Source of the DNA: Trichoplax sp. H2
Taxonomy: Eukaryota
DNA length: 64,000 nucleotides
Assembly: GCA_003344405.1 (NCBI GenBank)
Contig: NOWV01000020.1
Coordinates: forward strand, 434,001-498,000
Reading direction: 5' to 3'
Part shown: piece after piece, positions 1-14,000 of the stretch
Layout: every line of letters begins with the position of its first letter
Position numbering within the stretch: position 1 is the first letter of the stretch
Notes under the pieces: model-generated
The model's database searches: none
Seen by the model: only the letters and a program-made list of their open reading frames with translations
Told to the model about the DNA's origin: nothing
Position numbers and translations under genes: made by a program

Positions 1-54
1 ATGATATTATCCATTAATGTATTCATTTATGCTTATTTTAATCATATACCGACA

Positions 55-3000
55 GACGCCAAGCTTAAGTGCCTACATAACATATACTAGAAATGAGGTA
101 AGATTAAATATCTACGTATAAGAATTTAAACTGTTTTTATGTTGATCGGTTGTAGTAATGCCTCGAAATACTGCCAAATTTCTTACAGGATGCACTGGAA
201 GCTATTAAAAATACTTCCGGTTTGATTATTCATGGTAGAACAATTAAGTATGTTATCATTCTTTTAATTTACCGTTAAAAAGAATATCACTATACTGTAT
301 ATGGGTCTATAATATAACGATAGTAAATTTTAAATACTTTACTAACAATGAATACAACAACTTTTCAGAACGTCTCATGGTACTACAAAATATTGCAATT
401 ACTTCTTAAAGAATATTCCTTGCACGAAATCGGTTTGTTCTAAAATTATGGCGTAGCTTTATTATTGAATATGAACTATGAACCAATTCCTATTGATATC
501 TTGTAGGATTGTCCTTTTTTGCACGAGCTTGGTGATGAGTCATGTGTTTTTACTAAAGATGATGTTCAACAAAGGTAATAAATAGAATTACATATTCTCA
601 TGTATATGATAATAACAATTTATCTAAAGAAGCGTTATGACTGATAGGAAACATCTAGAACACTTAGGTATAAGCACGTATCATTCAAAGCATAGGTTGG
701 TTTTAGAGTTAAATTAAAATTTAGTAAATGTTAGATGGGAAATACAATAATGGTAATATATATAGTTATCTTAATCTGATAGTACGTTAAGTATTTGTTG
801 TTACGAAATTTGCAGTCAAGTTCGTGAGCGCAAGATTTCAGAAAATTCTGATTGGCCTGATAATAAGGTTTCAATCAATTACCATTTTTGACTTTTTGCG
901 TCTTTCAGTATGTCTAAATTTTCATTTCCTATCCATAATTAGGAAAAGATAATTACGGGAAAAGCCGTGCAAGGTAATTTTTACTATTAGTTATTAATCT
1001 ATTAATTTATTATACTCGTGCATTAAACAAATAGACGCAATTGCATTTATAAGTGTGTAAATAGTTGGCATCATTTGCTTTATATTTATTTCTAGATGAC
1101 GTGAACACGGAGAATTCACAACCTGAAAATCGGTCTCTAGCGTAAATGACCTTATTTAGTGGTGATAAGGGTGATTCTATACCACGTTTAGATCTAAAGA
1201 TTTGATTTCTGTTAGGGTTATTTCGGAACAAATTAGCACGAAGGTTGTCACTGAAGTATCAGAAAATTATGAAGAGGAAATAGAAATGAAAAGTGATGTA
1301 CAAGTAGAAAAACCAACGAAGGGAACAATTTCCCAGAATAGTTATGATAAAGCTGTGGGCAGTGGAGCCCCTAATAAACTTTACAATCCTCCTTATATGA
1401 ATATTCGTACAACTGGCGCAGTTCCATCCCAGTAAGTCATTCTCCTTTATATATAGCACATTTATAAATACGGGTATTTTCTTTATAATATTGTGTTAGT
1501 CGTGTTATTTGTGTCGATATCACAGTTCTACTTCATAAAGTTAGTAAAGTTACGTAAACAGAATTGACCAGGGTCTTATTCTATGTTAATCGTCACTTTT
1601 TGCCAAATTTATAGTGTAAACTTGTATGCTAATAATGCAGATGAGGATTTAGGTATGTAATCAAACTTTTACATGCTATCTAAATAGATTTCTTTATTAT
1701 ACAGTATGAATTTTGAAACATTAATAATGAAATACGTAATGATTTTTGGTTAGATTTTGACCCTTGGAATGAATCTAATAAAGGCTTTGCAGACTTACTC
1801 TTACTTGGAAGTAATAATAATGTGAATAACAAACTGCCAGTTACAGTTGAGCACGAAAGAAATGGTAACCTCTATGAAAATGGAACGACATCTATGCTTG
1901 GTTAGTATCATGCTTTATCGTTGTATATTGTAAGATTAGAGTGTACATGTCTGACTTCTACGAGATAATCCCGTTAAATTGTGTCTATGTTAGGTAATAC
2001 GTATAGTAATATCGTGGATTCATTAGATAATACGAATACAGAAATGGCTTCCGGAAATCCGTACAATAATACAGGATATGCTAATAGGAAGCAGAATATC
2101 TTCCCGCAATCAAACCAGAGTTACTTTCAAAATGCGCAGAATTATGCCCATTTTGGGAATTATTATAATCCTGGTGATGGTTTTAATATGTCAAAATATA
2201 TAGATAGTAGCAGCAACAATATTGATGCTGGATCTTCGTATTCAAACGTTGGAATTGATACCGAAAGCTTTGGTATAAAAAGCGGTTTTGAAGGAAACAG
2301 TTCATCTGCGAATAACTTTGGAGGGGCAAAGGTTCCTAATACGGCCATCAAGGCAGAGCATAATGATAAGAACACGTCCACACCCTGTGTTAGCAATAAT
2401 GGAATGCTACAGGTACGTACGAAGATTAAATTTCTATTTGATTTAATCATTGACACCTATGGTATCGGTATTTCTCGGAATTCAAATTTTAGAATGTTCG
2501 AGAATGGCAAGCTGGTTTTCGATCTCTACTGCCTAATGTCAATATTACATTTGGGTTTGGTAAGTTGTTACAGTAACTATGGCTAATCAGTTTTGTGGTT
2601 GTCGGTGTGATGTGTACTGTGCTATTTCGGATTCGCCAAAATTCGGTTGTTAACTTTCCCCTCGTGAATAGATGAAAGTTTGTCATTTTAGACTTTCTAG
2701 TGATGACTAATTAAGTAACTACAATTTTAAGGTAATACTCTACAAGGTACCGAAATATCTGGCAAAGATCTATCTCATAAAGAGAACGACGACCAGTCAA
2801 AACCGCATCATATAATGGAAAGCGACGTGAAACATGGAATTGAATCAAAGAGTAAGTTCAGTTATATATTTTATGAGGAAGCTTCTATTGATAAATACGT
2901 TTGGAATAGGTTACTACGGTCTTAATTTAGTTATTACATGGATAGATAGCATATTTGGAATATTTTAGGTAAAATTCTATTAAACATTGGTATTAACGAC

Positions 3001-4060
3001 TGTTTTATGTGTCGTGATGAAATAGGTAATACTGAAAATCCGTCATTTATTAAAACTGAGGTAGATTGATTGCATATCGATAACTTATTAATAAACCTTG
3101 AGTTAGCTTCATATATCTTTATACTGTAATAGATTTATAAAGTGTTCTTAAACCTTCATGATTGATGGGTCGTAATTTCATTAGGAAACCGTCGTTCCTG
3201 TTAATAAAATGAAGGAGATGAATATTAAGCATGAAGTAGAGGATATTACAGGGAACAAGTATCGCATACATGCGAATAAGAATGATAATGTAACAAGGAC
3301 GAATTATTTACCTTCTGTCAATAGTCAGTTGGGAGATAGAAAGCTAGCTCAAAGCTATAAACATAAGCATAAGAATAACGTAAAAAGTGGCATACGCTCG
3401 AATGTATATCCAAATTCACCTGGTCGTGATAGAGCAAGTAATACGTTGCCAGCGAGAAAAGCTGAAAATCGAAACCAATCCTATTCTACTAATACAAATT
3501 CTACTAAAGCGCCCAAATTGTTACAAACGGAAGCTGACACAAGTGATGATAAATCGTCAAAAGTGCGGATTGTTAAAAAAGATTGGAAAACAAATGTAGA
3601 TGTAGCAGGAACTGCTATAAAACCTAAAACAAACGTAATTAACAATAATGTGCCTTCAAAGGCCCATGAAACTAAAGGAAAAGATGACAATGATATTGAT
3701 GAAACCGACAATAAATTTATAAAGTCGCTTTCGAAGAATAAGAAGAAAAGACAAAGAAAACTTCAATCGAAAAAACCAACCGATGATAATGACCTTGCTA
3801 AAAGTGAAATTGCTACTTACGTTAAATCAACCACCGAGTCGTTAAATTTAGGGTTTTTACCTGCCAAATTTAGTGAATCTATAGCTGTCGATTATGATAA
3901 AGACACCGATCCAGACACGATAGTTAATCATTTAGAGGTGGAAATTGAGAATACAAAAAAAGAGGTGCAGGATTGTGAAGCTAAATTGCATGCAGTTATC
4001 AGGAAAAATTGTTCCATATCGAATACTAATTATGAAAAATCAATACACAATCAGGAATAG
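55..4060 (+). CDS. CNOT4: CCR4-NOT subunit 4 (RING/RRM/C3H1 E3 ligase), multi-exon; N-terminal RING exons lie upstream of the window
   Basis: Spliced exons at ~55-97, 189-247, 369-432 and 508-574 read SAYITYTRNE-DALEAIKNTSGLIIHGRTIKTSHGTTKYCNYFLKNIPCTKS-DCPFLHELGDESCVFTKDDVQQ, matching the NOT4 RRM end and C3H1 finger. DEDL|DFDPWNESNKGFADLL (~1640-1800) matches the NOT4 DLGFDPF motif. The last exon (3185-4060) ends in TAG. Internal low-complexity exons were not all resolved. Confidence 0.93.
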
Positions 4061-5017
4061 CAATAAATTTAGGCAACAATAAATTTGTAAATTTGAAAGA
4101 CTTCATTGTGACAAATTCTTGCATACCGAATCGCTTGATTTACAACGTTACGCTGTTGCCAATTTAAGTCAAAGGAAATTTTAATCACTGCTACTCAAAG
4201 ATTATACTAGACTATTACAGTTGCGGTTAATATAGTACCCTTAATTATAATTATCAGAGTTTTATGTGTAAATCAATGATTTGACGATGATCATGAGTCA
4301 TAACCTAGCGCATGAATACAGTTGTATAATAGTTACAGTATGTTTTAGTTTGGTCACAAGTTACCCGATAAATTTTACATCAGTTCATAGGATAAAATTG
4401 AGATGCCTGTATTTATATTGTATACGTGTACGTCATGGTATAGATCGATTCCATTCGCACACTCGTCGCAAATTAAAACATGGGATCTTTTGTCACAGCA
4501 CAGCGTTATTAGCATCCATCATAAAATGTGATAAACAAATCGCTTTCTGTGAATAGGTGTAGCATCTGAATTGTAAGCATGGAAAGGTTGTGAATAAGGT
4601 TTTGACAATAACGACATAATTTTAAAAGCTTTTAATTTATGAAATCACTTTAAAGATTTATCAATGGAGCCAATCCAGTAACTATAGTAATCACCAATGT
4701 TGAACAATTTATTTTCGAGCGATATCGTTTTAATTATAGTATATGTCTATAAATATAATACTGCGGCGCATACGTAAAAATGCCGGGTTTAGTTAAAATC
4801 CTTAAAGAAATCAAAATAGGTTTTTAATATTTCATGATTTTAACTCATTCCAAGATGTGAAGTAATGGTGTTTTATTACTTAACACAACACGGTAATTTA
4901 AAAAATTCATTATATTAATTACATTAGTACAGTACATGTCTACAAGGGCCTACATTAGCGGTAGACTAAACAAGACTCGTATAGCTATTTACAAATTGAT
5001 CCCAATTATGTGCAGTA

Positions 5018-8000
5018 CTAGTTTACAAGATCTGAAGTTGTTGGCAGTTCTTCCTTTTGAGTCTCTGAGGGCTACAATCAGAAAAAGTAGTAGCTTATTA
5101 ATTAGTAAGAAGATATTTACTGCACAAAGCTACCAGAGTAAAGTATGAAAATAGTCTTATTTGAAAACGACTATCGGCAATTAGTCGGTAAATGCGATAG
5201 TTAATAATATACTAACTTGCTTATCACTGGCTAAGGACAATAATTTTTCAGCTTTAGCCAACAAAGTTTCTGTAACCTGTATTATAAAGTTTAATATAGC
5301 AAATAAATGCAAGTAGACTAGCGTAGTTGTGCAGATGACATTATTTTGTAATTCCTTCGAAAATACCTGATTTTCGTCCTCAAATTTGTCTTTCAGCTCT
5401 TTCATTTTTGGTAAAGCTGAAGTGAGATTTGCTTTCTATCAAATTCAGAAACAAGTATATTAAGCATTTGTGGTATTTTGATAGTAATTGAATGAATACT
5501 ATTTCACTAACATTAAAATCTTTCGGTAAGTTAGCCTTTTCATCCGATACATCACCGCTTGTTGTAACTATGTAATGATAGAAGCATGCATTAATGATAT
5601 TTATTTATCACTAATCGACTACAATAGAGCTGAACACTTACATTCTAGTTGATCAACTAGTTCCGAAACAATACCAACTCCTATAAGATACGCCTAAAAT
5701 GTCCGTAATTAAAAGTATTACGATATTTAAATTACTACTGGACTGGAATTATAATAAAGAGTTGATAACTTAAATGACAATTACCTTCTTTGCTAGGTGG
5801 CATCTATCCACATCTTTCATGTACTTCCTGAATTGAATAAATAACACATATTGGAAAATGACTCTTGGAGTGTTAGAAAAGGCCTGAATTATTATTATTA
5901 TCGTCATCCTCTGAGGAGAGAATTGATAACACTTACCGTTTATCTTGTGGCTTTTTGTCCAATATACCAGAAAGGGTAAATATCATGGAGATATCCTTAA
6001 CTTCAGCTAGAATTTTAAGCAGAAGTAGCAATGATTTATTGATAGCAGCGCAAAATCCTCCTGCTCTGTTGTACGAAAAGTATAAACGTAGAGGGTTAAA
6101 AAAGACTTAAGAATAAGCTGAGAAATAAGAGTTATTTATTAACGTAATACAAACTAACCTTTCAAAGTCTTCAACGGGGTTTTTATACATGGACTGTACC
6201 GAAAATAAGTTAGAAGGATTAGTTGTTAAATCCTTTAATACGTATGCATCGAATAGGCGGCGTATTTGTCACTTTTTGACTTTTATAAAATTTCAATTAT
6301 TGCATTGTTACAGCCTTACACTAAAAAAATTCGCCTTATTTAGACAGAAAATGCTATATTTTGGAATATTAAATTGGACATCTGTCTTTGTTGGGAATGC
6401 GCTTGAAGTTGATTTACTCCATCCTAGTAACAGTGAACGACACAGAGTGATATCCTGATAAAGTATACATGTTTCATCAGTTAAGGTTTAACGTTATGCG
6501 TAATAAGAACAAAATTTAAAGTATAAACGTAAGTTTCCAAAGCAAACGCCTTTAAAAAGTTTTCTAAGAAGTATATAAAAAAGTGATCTGTTTAGTAAAG
6601 CAAATTTACCTTATGAACACTGGAATAGAACAGCGTAGAAGCAAGTCGATATACAGACTTGTAACTAAATGAACACCGATCGAGACATATACTAATGCCT
6701 TTTAAACATAATTCAATATTCTTTAAGCGACGGAGTTCCACTGTTTCGGACTGCTGAGTAAGGCTTACGGATTCATCTAAGCAATCAGTATTTGTATCTC
6801 CCCTTTGATGTTTAACTATAGACGATTGATTGCCGACAGGTGAAGTAATATTGATTTTCTTATCGATTGATTTTCGCCTAGTAATTGTAGATCTTCTATT
6901 AATGGTAGCACGACATGCGTTCTCTACATAATCATGTTCTCTAAGCACACGAATAGCCGATAGATTCTTATCATTATCTCGGGTATCGTTAGTATCACTG
7001 TCTTCTTCCTTTACTCTTTTTCTCGAATGAATAGGGTTTGACTTTGCTGTCTCGTTTTTTGCACTGGTTATCTTCTCTACACGATCTTGATCAAGCATAT
7101 TTTTTTCAGAATCTTTACTAGACTTTTCTTCAGCTAAAATAAACGGTAACTTATAAACTTTTGATACGTATTCATCGATCACTTTATGTTGTGATTCAGA
7201 GTTATTTTCCAAAGCTTTCAGCATCGATGCAAATAATCGATAGTGTATTTCTACAGCTTCTACTGCTAAAAGTTGGCTTGATTGGGAGTATGTTACTTTC
7301 TTCGGATAGTCTGCTTTTTCGTGATGAAGCCGCGAGGCAGCCTAAAGAACGCACATAACACTTAGCTAAGTAAATTATTTTAATATCGATAACTAGCAGA
7401 GCTGATTTAGTGGCTTAATCACAAACCTTCAAGTATAAATCTAAGCTTTTCTTCGGTGGCATCTTCAACTTTTCGTAACATTTACCAGTCATGTAATACA
7501 AGAACCACTTTTCGTCATTGTCACCTGCTAACGATGTTGCTTTCAGGAAACATTTTAAAGCTAATTCAAGCATTTCTTTGTGTTTCTTAATCATAAATTC
7601 GTCATTCTCCGATGTATTAGATGCATACATAGTTCTATATGGCTGCAACAAGAAAGTGAAAAAAAATATTTTATGTGCTGCAATAAAATTACATCCGTAC
7701 GATGCCTTCGTTTAGATTAATAAATGAACCTTACTTCCTTCATCCGCCTTGAGGTATGAGCCTGCATCATATACGCTAAAGATCCATACTGTAATAACGT
7801 AACGCCGGTTAAATTAACTTACAAGTAAGAATCCTTCGTTATATTGCAAAACCAAGAAGACTACCATTTATGATAAGTAAAATTTACTTTCTCTGCTAGC
7901 ATACCTCTGTCCAAACTAAACAGTAGGAATCATCGAGACGTGTAGCCTTTTCAAAGCATCTGAGAGATAAAAATCATTGTAGAGATTTTAATCAATCATT

Positions 8001-11000
8001 GACATGCTTTACCGGTAATTATAACTAGGTCATTATCAAATCATTATTGTTCTTCCTTACTTTAAAGCAAATGAACAATGCTTTAAGAGAGCCTTATCAA
8101 ATCGATTTTCACGCTAATATTTAATGGTAGGTATATATATAATGATTAGAACAGAATTTATCTTACTGCTTGAGCTAAGTTATGAATTTGTAACCATCCC
8201 TACGATAGAGTAGTGCATCTGGGAGGGACAAAGCTATTGCGATATATAGCGCATTGCTACAAAAATCAACTATATCTATTTAAAACATACATTATTCAGT
8301 TTACTTTCTATTCGATGTTTACATGCTAATGCCATTCCTATCCATGAATCAAAATGATTCCAGTTATAGCAAATGTCGTAGGTGTAATATTTGATAGCTT
8401 TACTGAGAATAGAAATAGAATATTTTAGAAACAGAAAAAATGAATTTGCCACATAATTGTAATAAATACTGTACTTGTATTCGAAATTTTTAAAGAAAGA
8501 GTCCGCAAGCACGTAATATAGATTTTTTAAGATTGATCTGGAATATACAATGAAGAACGTCTTTGAAAAATTTTGTTTAATTAATATTCAGATAACAGCA
8601 GTTCCTGATTTTACTAACGTTGGTTGGTTATTATCTACAAGTGATAAGCCATCAGAAAAGGATTCATTATTACCAGATAGGTATTCATTAAACCTGAAGG
8701 CTACATCCTCTGCGAACGAGATCAAAAAAATTTAATAGCAACATTATACAGCTTTCATTGTGTTAATAAGGTCGAACTTTAGAAAGTCTTTAGTGTGACA
8801 GGTTTAGTCATCCAACAGTGATAATGTAATTAAAATAATGCAACCTTATACTATATATCGAAACAGTTACCGATTTGATCCGTTGTAGGGACAGTACTTG
8901 AAATCGTGAGTAAAATAGGCAGTGACTGAAAAAATTGGTCATTAGTAAATTCTTAAGAAACCTTTATTTCAAGTGATGGTAACAACAATGACATACAACA
9001 GTACAGTAATGCAATACCTCTAGGGATATAGATTGTGTCTTAGGACTATTGAAATTTGGTAATGGATTCGGTTTTAGAAAATTGAATAAAGCAGAGACAT
9101 TCTCCCATTTGATTTCGACCTAAGCATAGTTAGCACATTTAATTGCTAATTTCTGATATCATAACAAGCTATTATAAACTGCGACTAAAATACTGTAAAT
9201 TAAATCATTTCTGCTAAATATATGGGTATAAGTGCTAGACGAATACAAGAATAATTTCTCTGTAATTTTCATGATATAAAAATCTACCTGTGGCGATAAG
9301 TGCTGTTCAAAGGCTTTGGCCTAACAGTTCAATTTAAGGGAAGAAATTGTAAAATAATTTGCATAGATTTAACAGTTTCATTGTTTAATTGTATAGTATA
9401 TATATTTAAATATGTGAACTTATACTTTAGACTTTTTTCTAGGATGTCCATACAAGCAATAGTAGCATTGCTCTATTTCCTTTTTGATGTAGTCCTAGTC
9501 ACGATGTAAAAGTCGCATTCACAGAGTCAGATTTACATCTTTAATCAAATTTGAATTTTTTCGATTTGAATAGAACCTTTAAATAGTCGTATTCGTCTAG
9601 GAGTTCTGTAAAGGTTTTTTCCGCAAAAAATAGAAACGCTCCGTCATTGCGACAACACCATGATTTTCTATAAGTTTGTTTAATGAATTGCACAAATTTT
9701 AGGATATGAGAATGCAGAATGCCACAAAATTTTACATAACTTTAAGAAACTAGCGAGTAACTTACTTTCCTAGATATTGATGACTACATTTTAACAGTTG
9801 AAAGATGCAAGGTTCAGTAAAAGAATTAGCACTAGCTGTAGAGTCATTACAGTGAGATGCAGAAGGTTCACCCAATTCAGTTTGGTTTCCGTTGGCAAGA
9901 TCTAGATTATTTCCAGCTGTGTCGATGTTACCATTCTTGTTTTCGTTTAAATGCCTTTCGCTTTCCATTCTACATTTAAATACATTTTAGACCGAAATGA
10001 TTCACATATAACTGAGTAAAGTAAAGGTAAAAAATATTTTATTTGTAAACTTACTGTCTAACAATTGTATTCAAACAGATCCAAGGTTGCACGTTAACTT
10101 CACTCGTATCAACTGAGTCTGTATTCATTACCAAATCAATCATCTGACGGAGATCATTTAATTAGAAACGGAATAGACAGAAATTATTATTGTAAAGTAA
10201 TAGCTAATCTGGCAATTACTTTGTGGATTAATACTTCTATACGAAAGTACCTGAATAATATTTTGAACAAAGCGAACGGTTTTATCCCATTCTAAAGTTT
10301 TTAAACATTTAGGATGTTGATCTAAACAACTATAAAAGTAGACAAGTTTCGTTATGTTTTAGGATATATCAGAACTTGCTAATTGTTTTAGAATACTCAC
10401 TCTTGTATTTCATTAAGCAATTGACCAACGATATTTTTCCAAGCAGCACTTGAATTTAATTTAAGTATGATCTCATGCAGAGTCTTTTCAGCAATCTTAA
10501 TGTAGCCCTAGTAAGCCAAAATTATTTTAATTAAAAATAGTTCGATCAGCCTAAGTAGTTTATTATAGTACAGAATAGATTCAATTTCTTTCTCTATTCG
10601 ATATTACATGCTAGGTGGACCTACATGATAATCTTTCAGTTTCAAGTAGCTCTCGCACAGTAGCATAAAATGAGCGGGTCTCTCAGGGATGGTATTATCG
10701 TATTTTTCAAGTGACTTTAAAAAAATGTATCCATTAACTAGTATAGAATATGTGATTCGTAAAAAAACGTATCAGTTACGGAGAGGCATACTTCCTCTTT
10801 ATTGCCTTCATCATTTAGTCTTAGTTCAAGGATAGCTATAACTTTCTCAAATTCATCTATTTGAAATAGTTGCTGGACCTGACATAACGAATAGATCGCA
10901 TCGATTTTAATAGTGAGTACAATTAAATCACTCGAATGACTGTGCATCCTACTAAATTATTTAATTCGGAACAAGTACTAAGAGATTGCATTTAAAAAAT

Positions 11001-14000
11001 AGTTTCTAATGGCATATAGCTTACTTCATCAAATGATTGACAGCGTAGAAGTGATTTAATTTTTTTCGCAACTGTTTCTGTGATAGATGTTATTTTAAAT
11101 TTGTAAGTTTAAAAAGCAATTTATACGTAACAAGTATTTAAGTATCCACCACCAAACCTTGTGATATTTCCCTATCTAGGGTACAGTTAGTTAATGTTAT
11201 GCTCCAAGCTTGCTTCGGTGCATCTGAAATATTTTCTTGGCTGCCATTACTAATTATTTGCTGACACTATCACGTACGACGAATAACATTGAATAATTAG
11301 TAATTTAATTATAAAATTAATACATAACTTACTAACCTGTTTTAATATATACAGACTAGTATCTATTTGACCTTCGTGCATCATATACCTTGCTTGAGCC
11401 CACAACACTAATAATAATTTTGCAAGTTAATCCATACTTTTATAGTGATGTATTGCATTTCTGATTTCTTTCATACCTCGCACTGCAATTTCCATTCTGT
11501 TGTAAAAGCATAACCGATCCGTGAAAACGCAATTCTTAATGAACGTAATATCATTTTGGATACAATCTCCAACACAGGAACGTGGAAGAGTGACCGGACA
11601 TTCTGGCAATTTTCTAAGGATAACGATATTATAAAGTTCTTACGGTGTCAGATTTACAAATTGTCATAACATAGAAAAGGTCGTACCGGTCTTTACGGTA
11701 TACTTACAAAGGAGTTACTTTGGAAGGTGAATAGTTGTTAGACTTTGCTTTCATACACAGCCATGTATCAAGCTGAAGTTCCAAAACTACGAGACATAAC
11801 TAACCAGTAAAACAACGCATGAATACAACCAGCAGAAAATTTAGGTACAGTAACTTCTTTCTTCAATATTCATATATGAAGACAGTAAGGCCTCACGCTT
11901 AGATATATTGTATAATCTTATCATCATACCGTAACTAGCTCTTGGCAGGCTTGCTCGTCTAATTCATCACTGTAATTACAACAACGCTTATGTATCTGAC
12001 TTTTATTGGAATTAATGTACGAAAAATCAAATTACCTGAAGATAGACGGTAGTATGATGTGAGGTCTTAATCTGGCGTAAACTTTTAGTACGATGTCAGT
12101 CAGATTTTCTGGCCTACAGAGGTATTTGAAAGGATACTAATATAAGTAATTAGCAATAAAAGGTCCATAAAAAGAGCTTGAAGACAATTAATCTAGGTAC
12201 CATTTCATCGCCCATTTTGTAGTTAATGATATGATAAAATCTTGAAGAATTTGTATGATATTCCTTGATTATAAAAAATCATAAACAGTGAAGAACTATT
12301 TTACTATGTATACGTCACTTTTTCACATTATTATATATTACCTATGATCATTTTGTTTGTGGATAAATTCACGAACGTCAAATGATTCATCAATCATTTC
12401 TGAGTCACCAAGAGTAGACCAGCTTGAACCTGATTAAGAGAATATTTCGTTAGCAAGCGAGATACTACAACAATTTACAGCTGAGAAGCCTATTGCATTA
12501 AAGAATATCATGTCACGAATAGTTCTCTAAGGCAACCTTTCTGTTCTGCTGCAGCTTGTTTCTGTTCGCTTTGACGATTCAAATAGTTTATGATATTTCA
12601 TTAGTATTATCATCAGAGCTACTTTGCAATGAAAGAGTTAATAATTTAACCTTCCAGAATTTGTTTTAAGTTCTGCTTGGCTAGCTCCTTTTGCATCGTA
12701 ATTCTTATTAATGTCTCTGCACATGAAATACAACATAGCAACTTGAAGTTGACTTTATCAAATTGAATAGTTACAGTAGAATAGTAATAATTTACATCTG
12801 GAGTGATTTCGGAATAAGGTTGGTTAATTCTTTTATAAAAGCTTGACTTTTTTGATCATCACTAGCGCTGACCGTTCTGACCTAGAATGAGTATTAAGTA
12901 TACGATGTACTGCAGGTAAGCATAGATAGCGATGTATTTGCAGGCGTCTGAATCTCCTGTTAAGTGTCAACAATGAGTCATTACTCGTTTAGATCGTCTC
13001 TTTGGTTCCGGAGTTGATGGCTCTCGAGCTTTCTCAGAGGCTATCCTTTTTCGTTTTCTACCATCAGTATTTGTTTCTTTCGTGGGGGATTCATTATTAT
13101 CTATGTAAAATAAAATCATCAATTCTGTTTTTATTTTTAAGTAAAAATACATAAGTAAAACTAACAATCTAAATGCATCAAATATATCGTATAAAATATA
13201 ATAAAACGCAATCTATATTAATCTTAGCAATAGTGTTGCTCGTCCATGTTATATAATAATGTATATCTAATATTAAAAAATTAAAACAATTTTAAACACA
13301 GTAATACCTTTGCTATTAGATTTTTTTGGTCGTACCATACTTTGCAGATCGATCAATGTCAGCATTGACTATCAGTTTCATAGATTACCGAATAAGATGA
13401 CTATTTATGAGTCACTTCATAATATTGTTTAATCATTAAACTAAAACTAAACCAGACCAAGAGTAGAATTTCTTTTTAAGTATAAGCTAGAGTTACCGCA
13501 TCTGGTAAAGATTGCAGGTCGTCGTAAATTTTTATTAAATGCTGTCCAAGATGGTACCAGCTGTTGCAAAGAATATCATAAAGTTAAGTCAAGAATAAAT
13601 GTTATCATTTGAAGCTAAAAACCTATATATAATTAACGAGCAAAGTGAGCAATAAAGAAGATAACTTACGTCAGACTAGCTAGAGGCTTTTTGAGATGAA
13701 CCGCTTCCGGGAGGGTCATTTCGACAAGTTTCTTATGCTCATTTCGCATTGACAAAGCTTCTTCTATAATCTATTATCACCAAAAGATGGTTAAAAAGGA
13801 ATTGATATCAATATTATCAGGATACTGAATTGATAAAAGGAAGATGAGATTGTTTACCTGTTGTTTATACTCAGGGTCAATCGCCGTAGAGCTCTCAGAA
13901 ATTCCTATCCTACAATACATATAAAATCACATGAGATGGTTAATTCCATGCCTATATGTATATACGGTAAATTAAAATATATATAGAATATCTTCCCTTC

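Noticed and set aside
12129..12137. Perfect U12 donor GTATCCTTT on the - strand in CABIN1
   Set aside because: It lies inside a normal GT-AG intron about 20 nt from its acceptor, and the flanking exons join in frame (KW|PENL) without it.
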